Assembly: GCA_038087875.1 (NCBI GenBank)
Contig: CM075988.1
Span: 20,400,001-20,464,000, forward strand
Direction: 5' to 3'
DNA: 64,000 nucleotides
Source of the DNA: Malacoraja senta
Taxonomy: Eukaryota
This document shows positions 25,455-36,544 of this stretch, in pieces. Each line of letters begins with the position of its first letter. Position 1 is the stretch's first letter. The notes beneath the pieces are model-generated. The model was not told the origin of the DNA, searched no databases, and was given only the letters and a program-made list of their open reading frames with translations. The position numbers and the translations under genes are program-made.

Positions 25455-26570
25455 TCCCTGAAAGTGGCAATGAAGTAGAGAGATTGGTAAAGAAGGCTTA
25501 TGGTTCACGAGGTTAATTCCCGGGATGGCGGGACTGTCATATGTTGAAAGAATGGAGCGACTGAGCTTGTCTCCACTGGAATTTAGAAGGATGAGAGGAT
25601 ATCTTATTGAAATATATAAGATTATTAAGGGATTATTAAGACATGCTAGAGGCAGCAAACATGTTCCCAATGTTGGGGGAGTCCGGAACCAGGGGCCACC
25701 ATTTAAGAATAATGGGTAGGCCATTTAGAACAGATATGAGGAAAAACTATTTCACCCAGAGAGTTGTGAATCTGTGGAATTCTCTGCCTCAGACAGCAAT
25801 GGAGGCCGATTCTCTGGATGCTTTCAAGAGAGAGTTAGATAGAGCTCTTAAAGATAGCGGTCAAGGGATATGGGGAGAAGGCGGGAACGGGGTACTGATT
25901 GTGGATGATCAGCCATAATCACATTGAATGGCGGTGCTGGCTCGAAGGGTCGAATGGCCTACTCTTGCACCCATTGTCTATGTCTCTATGTATCTATGAC
26001 TTGCCTTCATGGGTCGGGACATTGAATGTAAAGCATTAGGAAGTCATGCTGTAGGTTTAGATTTGGAGTATTGTGCGCCGTTCTAGTCAGCCCATTAAAG
26101 GAAGCATGGAGACTTTGGAGAGGGTGCAGAGGAGGTTAACCAGAATACTGCCTGGGGTATTGGCTCTAAAGAGAGGTTGGTCAGACTTGGATTGTTTTCT
26201 CTGCAGTGTCAGAGGCTGAGAGGGAGACATGATCGAACGTTATATAATTATGGGAGACTGAGGTAAGGCAGATAGTTAGATCCGATTTCCCAAGGTGGAA
26301 ATGCCAAAGACTAGACAACATAGCTTTACGGTCGGAAGGGGAAAGTTAAAAGAAGATATGCGGGGAATTATTTTTACACAGAGGGTGGTGGGTTCCTAGA
26401 ATGCACCGCCAGGAGTGGTGGTGGAAGCAGGTAGGATAGTGGCATTTAAGAATCCTTTAGATAGGCACATCAATATGCAGGGAAAATAGTGGAATATGGA
26501 TCACATGCATTCAGGCAGCTGAGATTAGTTTAATTTGGCAGCATTGGGGCTGAAGGGCCTGTTCGTCTGC
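25455..26570 (+). mobile_element. Older CR1 fragment with a younger CR1 3' end (~25502-25998) nested inside
   Basis: Host ...aagaaggcttatgg resumes at acttgccttcatggg; insert encodes FTRLIPGMAGLSYVER...FTQRVVNLWNSLPQ. Confidence 0.85.
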
Positions 26571-26787
26571 TCAATGGATATCACTGTCTGGAATAAAGTT
26601 GGTGACTCCATGCTGGTATTCAGGAGAAAACTGGAAGATAGAAAGGAATGATGATGAATTTTCTTGGAAGGATGGGCTGGAGAGCTGGGTTGGGCTCCCT
26701 CAACTTCATGTCTGAGATGTGCATGAACCTTCACCTGAAATAACGCTTTAACAATAAATGACTGTGGCAGTCCCATTCTGTTCAGCA

Positions 26788-27172
26788 TCAGCACAGTGGC
26801 GCAGCGATAAAGCTGCTGCCTCACAGCGCCGGAGACCTTGAGAACAAATGCTGTCTGTACGGAGTTTATACGTTCTCCCTGTGACCATGTGGCAGTAGGT
26901 AGTGCGGCTGCCTCAAGGCCCCAGTGACCCGGGCTTGATCCTGATCTCAGGTGCTGTCTGTGTGGAGTTTGCAAGTTCTCCCTGTGACCATGTGGGATTC
27001 CTCCAGGTGCTCTGCTTTCCTCCCACATCCCAAAGAGATGCGGGTTTGTAGGTTAATTGGCCTTTGTAAATTGCCCCTAGTGTGTAGGGTGTGGTTGAGA
27101 AAGAGGGATAACATAGAATGTGGTCAGCGTGGAGTCGGTGAACTGAAGCCCACCACTATATGTCTAAACTAA
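26788..27172 (+). mobile_element. HE1-like SINE with two tandem heads
   Basis: Head plus partial V-domain at 26788-26892, then a second head, body and ctaaactaaa tail. Confidence 0.8.
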
Positions 27173-27779
27173 AATAATTTTTATATTCACTTGACTCTAT
27201 TGCAAGCCTGCAACACAGCTTAGTGCTCCCGATAGTCAAGCGAAGCAGCTTTATCCTCTCTTGAGAGGTGTTTAATGACCAGATGGAAAAAGCTTTAAGG
27301 AAGAATCTAAGTTGAACAACACGCCTGTTACCATAACAAAGATAATATTGTTTTATTATTGTATTTACCAGCCTGAATTTCATCTACAATATGGAACCCA
27401 TTCGATATCAAATGTTCGGTTACTAATTAGTCGTGGAGCTAAACTTTCTCGCTAGCTCAATAACGAGCAATTAAATGATCTTGTCTAATGACTTCCATAT
27501 TTCGGCGTGGAACACAGATGTTGTCAGTGCCCAGAACTGACGGATGAGTTCCCAGGAAATGATCCAATGGGCACATCAGCTGCTCAAAGCAAATATACTG
27601 GATTATTTAACCCTGGAAGGATCATGATCTGTTTTGATTTGACTCCAACATCATGCTCAGCACTGTAGCTTGTTCCCGCAGACTCTATACAGTGGTGAGT
27701 GAGCCATGTAAGTGTCTCCCATGAGAACTCACAGTGCTGGGGTTAGAGGGCACGAAGATGGCACTAAACCTTGGGGCAA

Positions 27780-28310
27780 TTGGGACAGTTTCTTCCCAGC
27801 TGTTATCAGGCAACTGAACCGTCCTCTCACCAGCTAGAGAGCGGGTAGGAAAGAACTGCAGATGCTGGTTTAAATCGATGGTGGACATAAAATGCTGGAT
27901 AACTAAGCTGGACAGGCAGCATCTCTGGAGAGAAGGAATGGGTGACATTTCGGGTCGAGACCCTTCTTCAGACTGATCAATGCAAAATGCTGGTGAAGGG
28001 TCGCGACCCGAAACGTCACCCATTCCTCCTCTCCAGAGATGCTGCCTGCCCAGCTTAGTTGCTCCAGCATTTTGTGTCTAACTAGAGAGCGTGTCTTGAT
28101 CTCCCTTCTACCTCATTGTAGACCTTCAAACTATCTTTAATCAGACTTTATTGAACTTTATCTTGTACTAAATGTTATACTCTCCATCCTGTATCTGTAC
28201 ACTGTAGACGGCTTCATTGTAATCATGTATAGTCTTTTCGCTGACTGGACAGCACGCAACAAAAAGCTTTCACTCTACCTCGATACACGTGACAATAATA
28301 AATTGCACTA
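27780..28310 (+). mobile_element. Rex1/Babar 3' end hosting a palindromic Penelope-derived insert
   Basis: Reads DSFFPAVIRQLN; UTR ends gacaataataaattgcactaaa. Confidence 0.75.
27844..28081. mobile_element. Inverted dimer of the Penelope-derived hammerhead element
   Basis: Arms ~27885-27970 and ~27995-28079 are reverse complements; TSD CTAGAGAGCG at 27834-27843 and 28082-28091. Confidence 0.9.
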
Positions 28311-29655
28311 AAGCTTTGGAGATACAACATGGAAACAGGTCCTTTGTCTCACCGTGTACAAACCAACTATCAATCACTTGTTCACACCAGTTCTATTGTA
28401 GGGGTTCTGGTTCCCTTTACTCAACTTCGGGCCCAACTGCCTGAAAAAGGGGTTCCCCTAGGTTCTAGACCTCGGAATTATGGTGGGATATGATAAAAGG
28501 TTGACTTGACCAGAGCGTGCTGATGAGAGAAAACAGAAATCAAGACGGACTCAAAGCAAGTCTAAAATTTACAGGCTTTATTAAACAAATGAGAGATCGA
28601 ATCTCACCAACGCTACATAATACGTGACTAAACTTATGCTTTAAACTAAGACTATGGGAGAAAATTATCGGGCACGTCGTAAAACTTATTTTACACAATT
28701 TCACTTGCAAGTACAGTACACCACCTTTCCCCTTCTTCTCTCAACCTTTATCCTATTTCCGGGAACTTCACCAGGTCGTCTGGGGTACTTACAGCTAGGT
28801 TGATGCAGGCTCACGAGCCGTCCAGCAGAGCAGAAAGAGAGCGAGTTCTGGCTTGACTCCTGCTTTTTATACCTGAGTTTCTCCCTTGAAACCCCCCCAG
28901 GTGGTCCTCTGGACAAAAGGGTCTTTTGATGATTCCCAGTTTCGATCTGGTATGAGCAATAGGCATCCGATGATAAGGGGTTTGCTGATGTCATGATCCC
29001 TCAGCCTGATCGTTATCCCATCGTCTGGATGGGCTCCTGTTGTCCTGATGGATGAGCCATTCACGATGGTGATAGAGGTTGCTGGGCTGTTTACCCCCAT
29101 CTGCTGGGCTCTTTTCCTTCCTTTGTGTATTCCAAGATAATGTCATTATCTCCGTCTCAGCCTTTCCTGCTCACACCATTAGCATAGTGGTGTAATGCCC
29201 AGGCCCACAGACAGGTTCAAAACTGGTTCTTCCTTTGTGGATTGGGTTTTTTTCCGTTGCAGTCAGCATGTCTGTTTTAAAAATGTCCATGGTCCTCATC
29301 CCCGAGTTCTTCCATAATCTGAGGATTTGCCTCAATAACTTACACTATGTCATCACACTGTCACATGTGTGTATATATTTATAGAATGGTATATGGACAC
29401 ACTGATCTGTTTTGTAGTCAACGCCTACTATGTTCTGTTGTGCTGAAACATAGCAAGAATGTCATTGTCCTATCAGGGACACATGACAATAAACTCACTT
29501 GAACTTGAATTGAACATCCGCTCCCTACACACTAAGTAAAATTTACAGAGGCCAATTAACCTACCAACCTGCATGTCCTTGGAATGTGGAAGGAAATCGG
29601 AGCACCCAAAGGAAACCCACATGGTCACTGGGCGAACGTGCAAACTCCACTCAGA
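28311..29655 (-). mobile_element. HE1-like SINE split by a solo LTR and a Rex-type tail (~29367-29513)
   Basis: SINE pieces at 28311-28396, 29349-29366 and 29514-29655 join colinearly. Confidence 0.75.
28397..29344 (-). mobile_element. Solo LTR, 948 bp (ERV- or Gypsy-type)
   Basis: TGTA...TACA termini, 4-bp TSD CTAT (28393-28396/29345-29348), minus-strand TATAAAAA (28864-28871) upstream of AATAAA (28577-28582). Confidence 0.85.
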
Positions 29656-29897
29656 AATAAACTAAAGTAATAAATAACCAATAATTATTTAGCAAATAAG
29701 TTAGTTAATAATAAAGTGGCACAGTGACACAGCTGGTTGAACAGAAAAGTCCATTAAACATGAATCTTTCAGCATCAAGGACAATATCGGGCAATGACTC
29801 TTGATGAAAGACGTGACTTAAAAAAGTCACCAGTCTCGTACATTCATATGTCTCAGTCCCCCAGAGTGCAATCCCAGCAGTTATCAAGTACATATAA

Positions 29898-30022
29898 AGT
29901 CTGAAGAAGGGGCTCGACCCGAAACGTTACCCTTTTCTCCAGAGATGCTGCCTGACCCGCTGAGTTACTCCAGCTTTTTGTGCCTATCTTCAGCTTAAAC
30001 CAGCATCTGCAGTTGTTTTCAT
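29898..30022 (+). mobile_element. Penelope-derived short element with intact hammerhead core
   Basis: CTGAAGA (29901-29907), A, GGG-GCTCGA-CCC, GAAA (29921-29924), CGTT. Confidence 0.85.
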
Positions 30023-30659
30023 ATCTGTCGTGCTGCTGCAAGGAAGAATTTCATTGTACCGTTTCGGGGCGTGTGACAATACGCACCTTTTGATATCGGT
30101 GAGGTACCGGTTCAATGAAACATCTCACATGCAGGAGCATCACAGGCACATAGACTCTTAGATGGGGCATTTTGGTCAGCATGGACGAGTTAGGCCGAAG
30201 GGCCTGTTTCCATGCTGTAGGCTCTATGACTATTTGACTCAAAAAACAAATTATACACACGTTACATATAAAATTTTAAAAGAAGATAGACCCTGAAAAT
30301 AAAAGACATTGGTGCAAAAACATACTTGGAAAAAACAAGTCTGTAGTAGTGCAAGAGGTGGTCCATTAAGTTATACTCTCCAGGTTTCAAGTTGTCCTTA
30401 GCTCATGTGAATTATCCGTGGAGATATCTTTTACGAGGTTAAATATGTTACACAACTGCATGTAGATGTGTTGATTGAAATACTACTTTATACTTTTCCA
30501 GATTTTACTGTCCGTAGCATATTACTGTGATTTTGTGAATATTTTTGTTTTAAACGATGAAGCATCTGAAGCTCTCAGTAACACTAATGCTTGACACCAT
30601 ATTGACTAGACTCGTGTCAATGGACAGTAATCCAGGAAAGAGTGCTTAAAGGCACTCTT

Positions 30660-31355
30660 GCGGGTAACACAAAGCTGGGTGGCAGTGTGAGCTGTGATGA
30701 GGATGCTATGAGGCTGCAGGGTGACTTGGATAGGTTGGGTGAGTGGGCAGATGCATGGCAGATGCAGTATAACGTGGATAAATGTGAGGTTATCCACTTT
30801 GGTGGCAAGAACAGGAAGATAGATTATTATCCGAATAGTGTCAGATGAGGAAAAGGGGAGGTGCAAAGAGACCTGGGTGTGCTTGTACATCACTCACTGA
30901 AAGTAAGCATGCAGGCACAGAAGGCAGTGAAGAAAGCCAATGGCATGTTGGCCTTCATTGTGAGAAGATTTGAGTTTAGGAGCAAGGAAGTCCTACTGCA
31001 GTTGTATAGGGCTCTGGTGAGACCGCACCTGGAGTATTGAGTGCAATTTTGGTCTCCTAATTTGAGGAAGGACATTATTGCTATTGAAGGGGTGCAGCAT
31101 TATTGCTATTGAGGGGGTGCAGTTGTCAATCTGTGGAATTCACTGCCACAGAAGGCAGTGGAGGCCAATTCACTCGATGTTTTCAAGAGAGAGTTAGATT
31201 TAGCTCTTAGGGCTAAAGAAATCAAGGGATATGGGGAAAAAGCAGGGATGGGGTACTGATTTTAGATGGTCAGTCATGATCATATTGAATGGCGGTGCTG
31301 ACTCAAAGGGCCGAATGGCCAACTCCTGCACCTATTTTTTCATGTTTCTATGCTT
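30660..31355 (+). mobile_element. CR1 3' fragment with internal deletion
   Basis: [45 protein letters not shown]; tail tgtttctatgcttcta. Confidence 0.95.
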
Positions 31356-31459
31356 CTAGGCCTCATGAGATTATGAAATCAGTTAAAATTGTTGCGGCGA
31401 TCTGGTAACCTCATCTGGGTTACTGATGTTCCTTGGAAATGAATTCCTTTAGTTGAGGT

Positions 31460-31770
31460 TAGTTTAGTTTTGAGATAAAGCGTGGAATCAGGCCCTTCGG
31501 CCCACCGAATCCGCGTTGACCAGCGATCCCCGCACACTAATATTATGCTATATACTGGAGACAAATTTTACAATTTTCCCAAGCCTATTACCCTACAAAC
31601 TTGTACGCCTTTGGAGTGTGGGAGGAAACCGGAGCACCCAGGGCACCAGGAGAAAACTAACGCACGGGAAGATCGTACAAACTCCGTACAGACAGCACCC
31701 GTAGTCAGGATTGAACCTGGATCTCTGGCGCTGTAAGGCAGCAACTCTACCGCTGCGCCACCGTGTCACT
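31460..31770 (-). mobile_element. HE1-like V-SINE, full length
   Basis: Reverse-complement head ctctaccgctgcgccaccgtg and body. Confidence 0.9.
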
Positions 31771-31874
31771 ACCTTCTGTGGGCTTCAAGTTCAGTCTCAC
31801 TCTAGTCCCACACCAGCACCAGTGGTGCTCTTTACCTGCGCTCTGAAAAGCTCTGGCAAAACTGGCAGGTGTAC

Positions 31875-32180
31875 CGAGCTGGTAGAGATGCTGATTCACA
31901 GCGCCAGAGACCTAGGTTTGATCCTGACCTTGGGTGCTGTCTGCGTGGAGTTTGCACGATCTCCAAGTGACCTCACTGTCTTCTTCCAGGTGTTCTGGTT
32001 TCCTCCCACATCCCAAAGTCGTGTGGGTTTGTAGGTTAATTGACCAGTATAAATTGTCCCTAGTGTGTAGGGAGTGGTTGCAAAAGTAGGATAACATAGA
32101 GCTAGTGTGAATGGGTGATCGGCGTGGACTCGGTGGGCTGAGGGGCCTGTTCGCATGCTGTACTGTCAATTAATCAATCA
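31875..32180 (+). mobile_element. HE1-like V-SINE
   Basis: cagcgccagagacctaggtttgatcctgacc...gactcggtgggctgaggggcctg. Confidence 0.9.
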
Positions 32181-33104
32181 ATAAATGATAAATATAATAA
32201 ATAATAAATACAACCACGGTAAATACACAGAGAACTGACTAGCCTAACATTTTGTACATTTCTCTGCCACTTTAATATTTATCATCCAGCATTTATTGGG
32301 TGAGAGTGAAAAACATTCTTCTGATGGAACGCAGAACATCTCATTGTCCAATTGTTGGCTGCATCCAGCTTTCACACCTCAGCCCAGATGGGTTGATGAG
32401 ACTCGGGGGGTCTTGCAGATGTGAAACCCCCAGACCTGATTGACAAACAGTGTTGAAATCTATCAATACCGAAGACAAAAGACAATGCAGATGCTGGAAG
32501 CTAGAACAAACACAGAAAGCTGGAGGAACTCAATGGGTCCATCAGAATTTCTGGATGCAAGAGCTGTAAGTCAACGTGTCGGATCGAGACTTTCTATCGG
32601 AACTTTCTCTCCATAAATTATGAACTGTCTCTGGCCCATAACCAATGGATATGAGGAGCCACAATTCAATGTCAATGGGGACTGTAATGTCTTCCTTAGG
32701 ACCTTGTTGTGACTAGCACAATGAATACACGTCCGACATTTTGTAGGAAAGGTTTAATCTGCTTTCAACTGAAACTTCCAGAAGGTCACTTGACCTCAGT
32801 CACGAGGCACAGGTACATTTGCCAGCTTCTGCTTTTGTCCTCAAGGGACATTGGCATTTACATTACATATTACATTACATATACATCACAGGGACTTTTG
32901 CATGCAAAACTCCCATTCACAATCAGCCCTGGATTAAATGGATTGAAAATATATTGAAGTTTATTGAAAGAATCAAGTTGTACAGAGGAAGAGTTCAATC
33001 AATCCACTATCATTCTTCTTACAGTCTGTCCCATTTTACTTGCATTGTCACCACCACTTTCACCATAGGGAGAAATTACTTAGTGTCATGGAGGCAGATT
33101 GATT

Positions 33105-33585
33105 CATAGAATCCTACAGCACCCTTTGGCCCATCTCATCCATACCGCTCAATATGTCCCATCTAAGCTAATCCCATTTGCCTGTGTTTGGCACATATCC
33201 CTCCACCATCTTTCTTTTCCATGTACCCGTCCAAATGTATTTTAAACATAGTAATTGTATCTGCCTCCACCACTTCTTCTGGCAGCTTGTTCCATTTACT
33301 CACCAGCTTTGGTGTGAAAAACGTGCCCCTCGGATCCTTTAAATCTTTTCCCTCTTCCCTTAAACACAACCCTTCTAGTTTCAGACTCCCCTACCTTGAG
33401 AAACAGTTTGTGGCTATTCAACTTATCTATTCCCCTCATGATTTTATAAACCTCTGGCATCCCTCAGCCTCCTTTGCTCCAAGGAAAAATGTCCCAGCCT
33501 AACCAATCTCTCCTCATAACTCTAGCCCTCTAGACCACACGACATTCTTGTGAATCTTTTCTGCACCCTCTCTAGCTTAACCAAT
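33105..33585 (-). mobile_element. CR1 3' fragment
   Basis: ORF 33163-33369: FFTPKLVSKWNKLPEEVVEADTI. Confidence 0.85.
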
Positions 33586-33599
33586 GCCTAGAAAGTATA

Positions 33600-33850
33600 T
33601 TTCACAACCTGTGGACATGCCAAATGCATTACAGCCAACTAATTATCTTTCTGTGCATATCATAGAAACTAATTATCCCACAGAGATAGCAAGATGGCAT
33701 CAATTAGGCAATTTATTTCATTAGTGTTGTTTGACAGACTCTGCCAGTTGTTTGACAGATTTTTTCACAAAGCTCACCAATGTCGTTCTGACCCACCCAT
33801 ATAGGCAGATTCAGCTTTAATTTAACTTCCCACTCGGAAAAGTGCTCTTC
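33600..33850 (-). mobile_element. Possible ancient DeuSINE (SacSINE1/AmnSINE-like) relic
   Basis: cacaacctgtggacatgccaaatgcattacagccaa...tttaacttcccactcggaaaagtgc resembles my recollection of the Deu-domain SINE consensus; highly decayed. Confidence 0.4.
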
Positions 33851-33965
33851 ATTTAGGTTTATTATTGTCGCGTGTACCGAGGTACAGTGAAAAGATTGGC
33901 TTGCATGCTAACTAATCAGATCTGATAGGATATACATAAATAAAATCAGTTCAAACTAAAGTACT

Positions 33966-34244
33966 TTACCGGGACTTTACCTTGTCTACTCATCTGGACG
34001 CCCGCAGCGACGGCTGCGGAGGGTTGAGGTCACGACCACGGGGGAAAATGGAGGAGGACTGGCCAAATTTTGTGCCTTCCACCACAGTGATGAATACTGT
34101 GGTGGATGTTTGTATTAAATGTTTATTGTGTTTTTGTGTGTTCTTTATCATTGTACCGCTGCTGGCAAATTCATTTCACTTGCACTTTATGTGCAAGTGA
34201 CGAATAAAACTGATATTGATTGATTGATATTGATATTGATATTG
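33966..34244 (+). mobile_element. Second, more 5'-truncated copy of the 4340-4692 retroposon
   Basis: ORFs 4376-4633(-) and 33982-34200(+) translate almost identically; (ATTGAT)n tail. Confidence 0.8.
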
Positions 34245-34809
34245 AAGCAAAGGGTAAGATATGACCATTAGACATAGAAGCAGTATTAGGCCATTCAGCC
34301 TGTCGAGTCTCCTCTGCCATTCAATCATGGCTGATCTATTTTTTCCTCTCAACTCCACTCCCCCACCTTCTCCCCGTAACCTTTGACACCCTTACTAATT
34401 AAGAATCTATCAATCTCTGCTTTAAAAATACCAAATGACTTGTCCACTACAGCCGTCTGTGGGAATGAATTCCACAGATTCACCACGTTCTGTCTAAAGA
34501 AGTTACAGAGAGCAGAATAATGTTCTCAGCATTGTATGGACAAAGTCCAATGTCCTCAATGGGGTAGAGGTAAATCAAACAGTACCCTAGCTTATGGAGA
34601 ACCCTAGCTTATAGGAGACAATGGCATTGGATTTAAAGAAAGGGTACATCAGCGTGCCAATATCCCAGAAATCCAAAGCAAAAATAGCTACAGAGAAAAT
34701 CCAGGTTAAACAAAGATTGTTGGTGTGGTTGAAATTATGGCGGTTGAAATACTTGTTAAGCATTGCTGATCTCTCTGAGGGTGGTGTAAATAGAGGGAGA
34801 TGGAAACAT

Positions 34810-35125
34810 GAAGACATACGTCATGGACCAGGCCTTTCAGCCCACCGAGACCTCACTAAGCACCAACTTACAATAAACATTCATGAATCCTCCCCACACT
34901 ACCATTTATATCCCTGAGAATCTACCGTTCTTGCCAGATGCAAACATACAGGGGCTAATTAACTCACCAACCAGCACCACTCTAGGATGTGGAACGAAAC
35001 CGAAGCACCCGGAAGAAATACATCACAGGGAGAACGTGCAAACTACACACGGACAGCACCATGGGTCTGAATTGAGCCCTGGTCTCTCCCACTGTGGCTC
35101 TACTAGTTGCACCACTGTGGTGCCA
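34810..35125 (-). mobile_element. Degenerate HE1-like SINE
   Basis: cacagggagaacgtgcaaactacacacggacagcacc...gcaccactgtggtgcc. Confidence 0.7.
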
Positions 35126-35190
35126 TTTCTCAAGGTAGGGGAGTCTGAAACTAGAAGGTGTGTGTCATCGTGAATGAAGTTAGAAGAGAA

Positions 35191-35280
35191 AAGAAGGGTT
35201 TCGACCCTAAACGTTGCCTATTTCCTTCGCTCCATAGATGCTGCCTCACCCGCTGAGTTCCTCCAGCACTTTTCTCTACC
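35191..35280 (+). mobile_element. Penelope-derived short element
   Basis: aagaagggtttcgaccctaaacgttgcc...; flanked by agagaaaaga / agagaaaaaga. Confidence 0.8.
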
Positions 35281-35907
35281 AGAGAAAAAGACATCTTGAC
35301 TTTCTACTCAATAACTGTCAGACTCTACTAAAGCCACAAAGATTCTGTCTCTCAGCTTGTACAGAGCTGCCACTTAATATTCTGCATTGTTTTAAACTCC
35401 ACTTATAAGCTTCCTGCATCTGTGCCTGAGGTAATGAGAAATTATGATAATATGTTGACCATTCAAAATGTAATGCAAACAGTATACATAACTTGTTAAT
35501 GGAGCTGTCACCTCTAATCGCTTTGCCTAAACAGGACCCATATTAGAAACTCTGACCTATTAAGTTGTCATTTTCTCAGCTTATACTTTGCCTTAAAACA
35601 TTTCAAGGTTAAACAATAGTTTATTTTTCCAACAGTACCAGAGGTCAAACTTCCGTAACAGCAAATGATCTTGAGTTCTGACAAATGTTACGGATTCTTC
35701 TTCATTCATCGAATCTGAAACAGTTCCTGGATTACGTAGCACAGCAATCAGGAACCAAATAATTTAACTATACTGATTATTTCTGTGAAAGATGATTAAG
35801 ATTAATCAGAAACGTAATACTCTTGGCAAGAATTGGTTTCTCAGACTGTAGATTCTAGGATTGGATGTCATAGTCTCAGTGCTGTCAAGTCATGTCAAAT
35901 CCTGCAA

Positions 35908-36543
35908 CCTTTCAGGTGAAGCAGAGGTTCACTTGCACCTCCTCCAACCTCATCTACTGTACCTGTTGTTTTCTGTGTGGGCTTCTACATATCAGCGACA
36001 CCAAGTGCAGACTGAGCGATCGGTTCGCTGAACACCTTCACTCAGCCTGCCTTGGCCTCCGGAATCTCCTCGTTGTCAAACATTTTAACTCCCCTTCCCA
36101 TTTCCACACTGACCTTTCTGTCCTGGGCCTCCTCCACTGCCAGAGTGAGGCCACACGCAAATTGGAAGAAGGGCGGCTCATATTTCGCTTGGGCAGCTTA
36201 CAACCCAACGGTATGAATATTGATTTCTCTAATTTTAAGTAACCCTTGCATTCCCTCTATCTCTCCGCCCCTCCCCCATCCCAATTGCCCTGCTAGTTCC
36301 ACTGTTTGCATCCATATATTCTTTGGTTATTACCTCTTCCATGGCCTACAATGAACCATTGTGGGCTCCACCTTTCCTTGGTTATCAGTGTCAGCTCTGA
36401 TTTGTTCTGAACCTTTTCATACCTCTAGTTTCTCTTTCCCCTGAGTCTGAAGAAGGGTCTCGACCTGAAGCTTCTTCTATTCCTTTTCTCCAGAGATGCG
36501 GACTGACCCGCTGAGTTACACCAACTTTTTGTGTCTATCTTCA
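35908..36543 (+). mobile_element. Penelope-like element 3' part: GIY-YIG endonuclease domain, UTR and hammerhead-bearing pLTR end
   Basis: ORF 35892-36242 FTCTSSNLIYC..C..CGLLHISDTKCRLSDRFAEH...HFNSPSH...LIFRLGSLQPNGMN matches PLE GIY-YIG with Cys/His motif; core CTGAAGAAGGG at ~36447. Confidence 0.9.
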
Positions 36544-36544
36544 T

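Noticed and set aside
28701..29100. Two minus-strand ORFs inside the LTR
   Set aside because: No gag, pol or env motifs; short ORFs in LTR sequence
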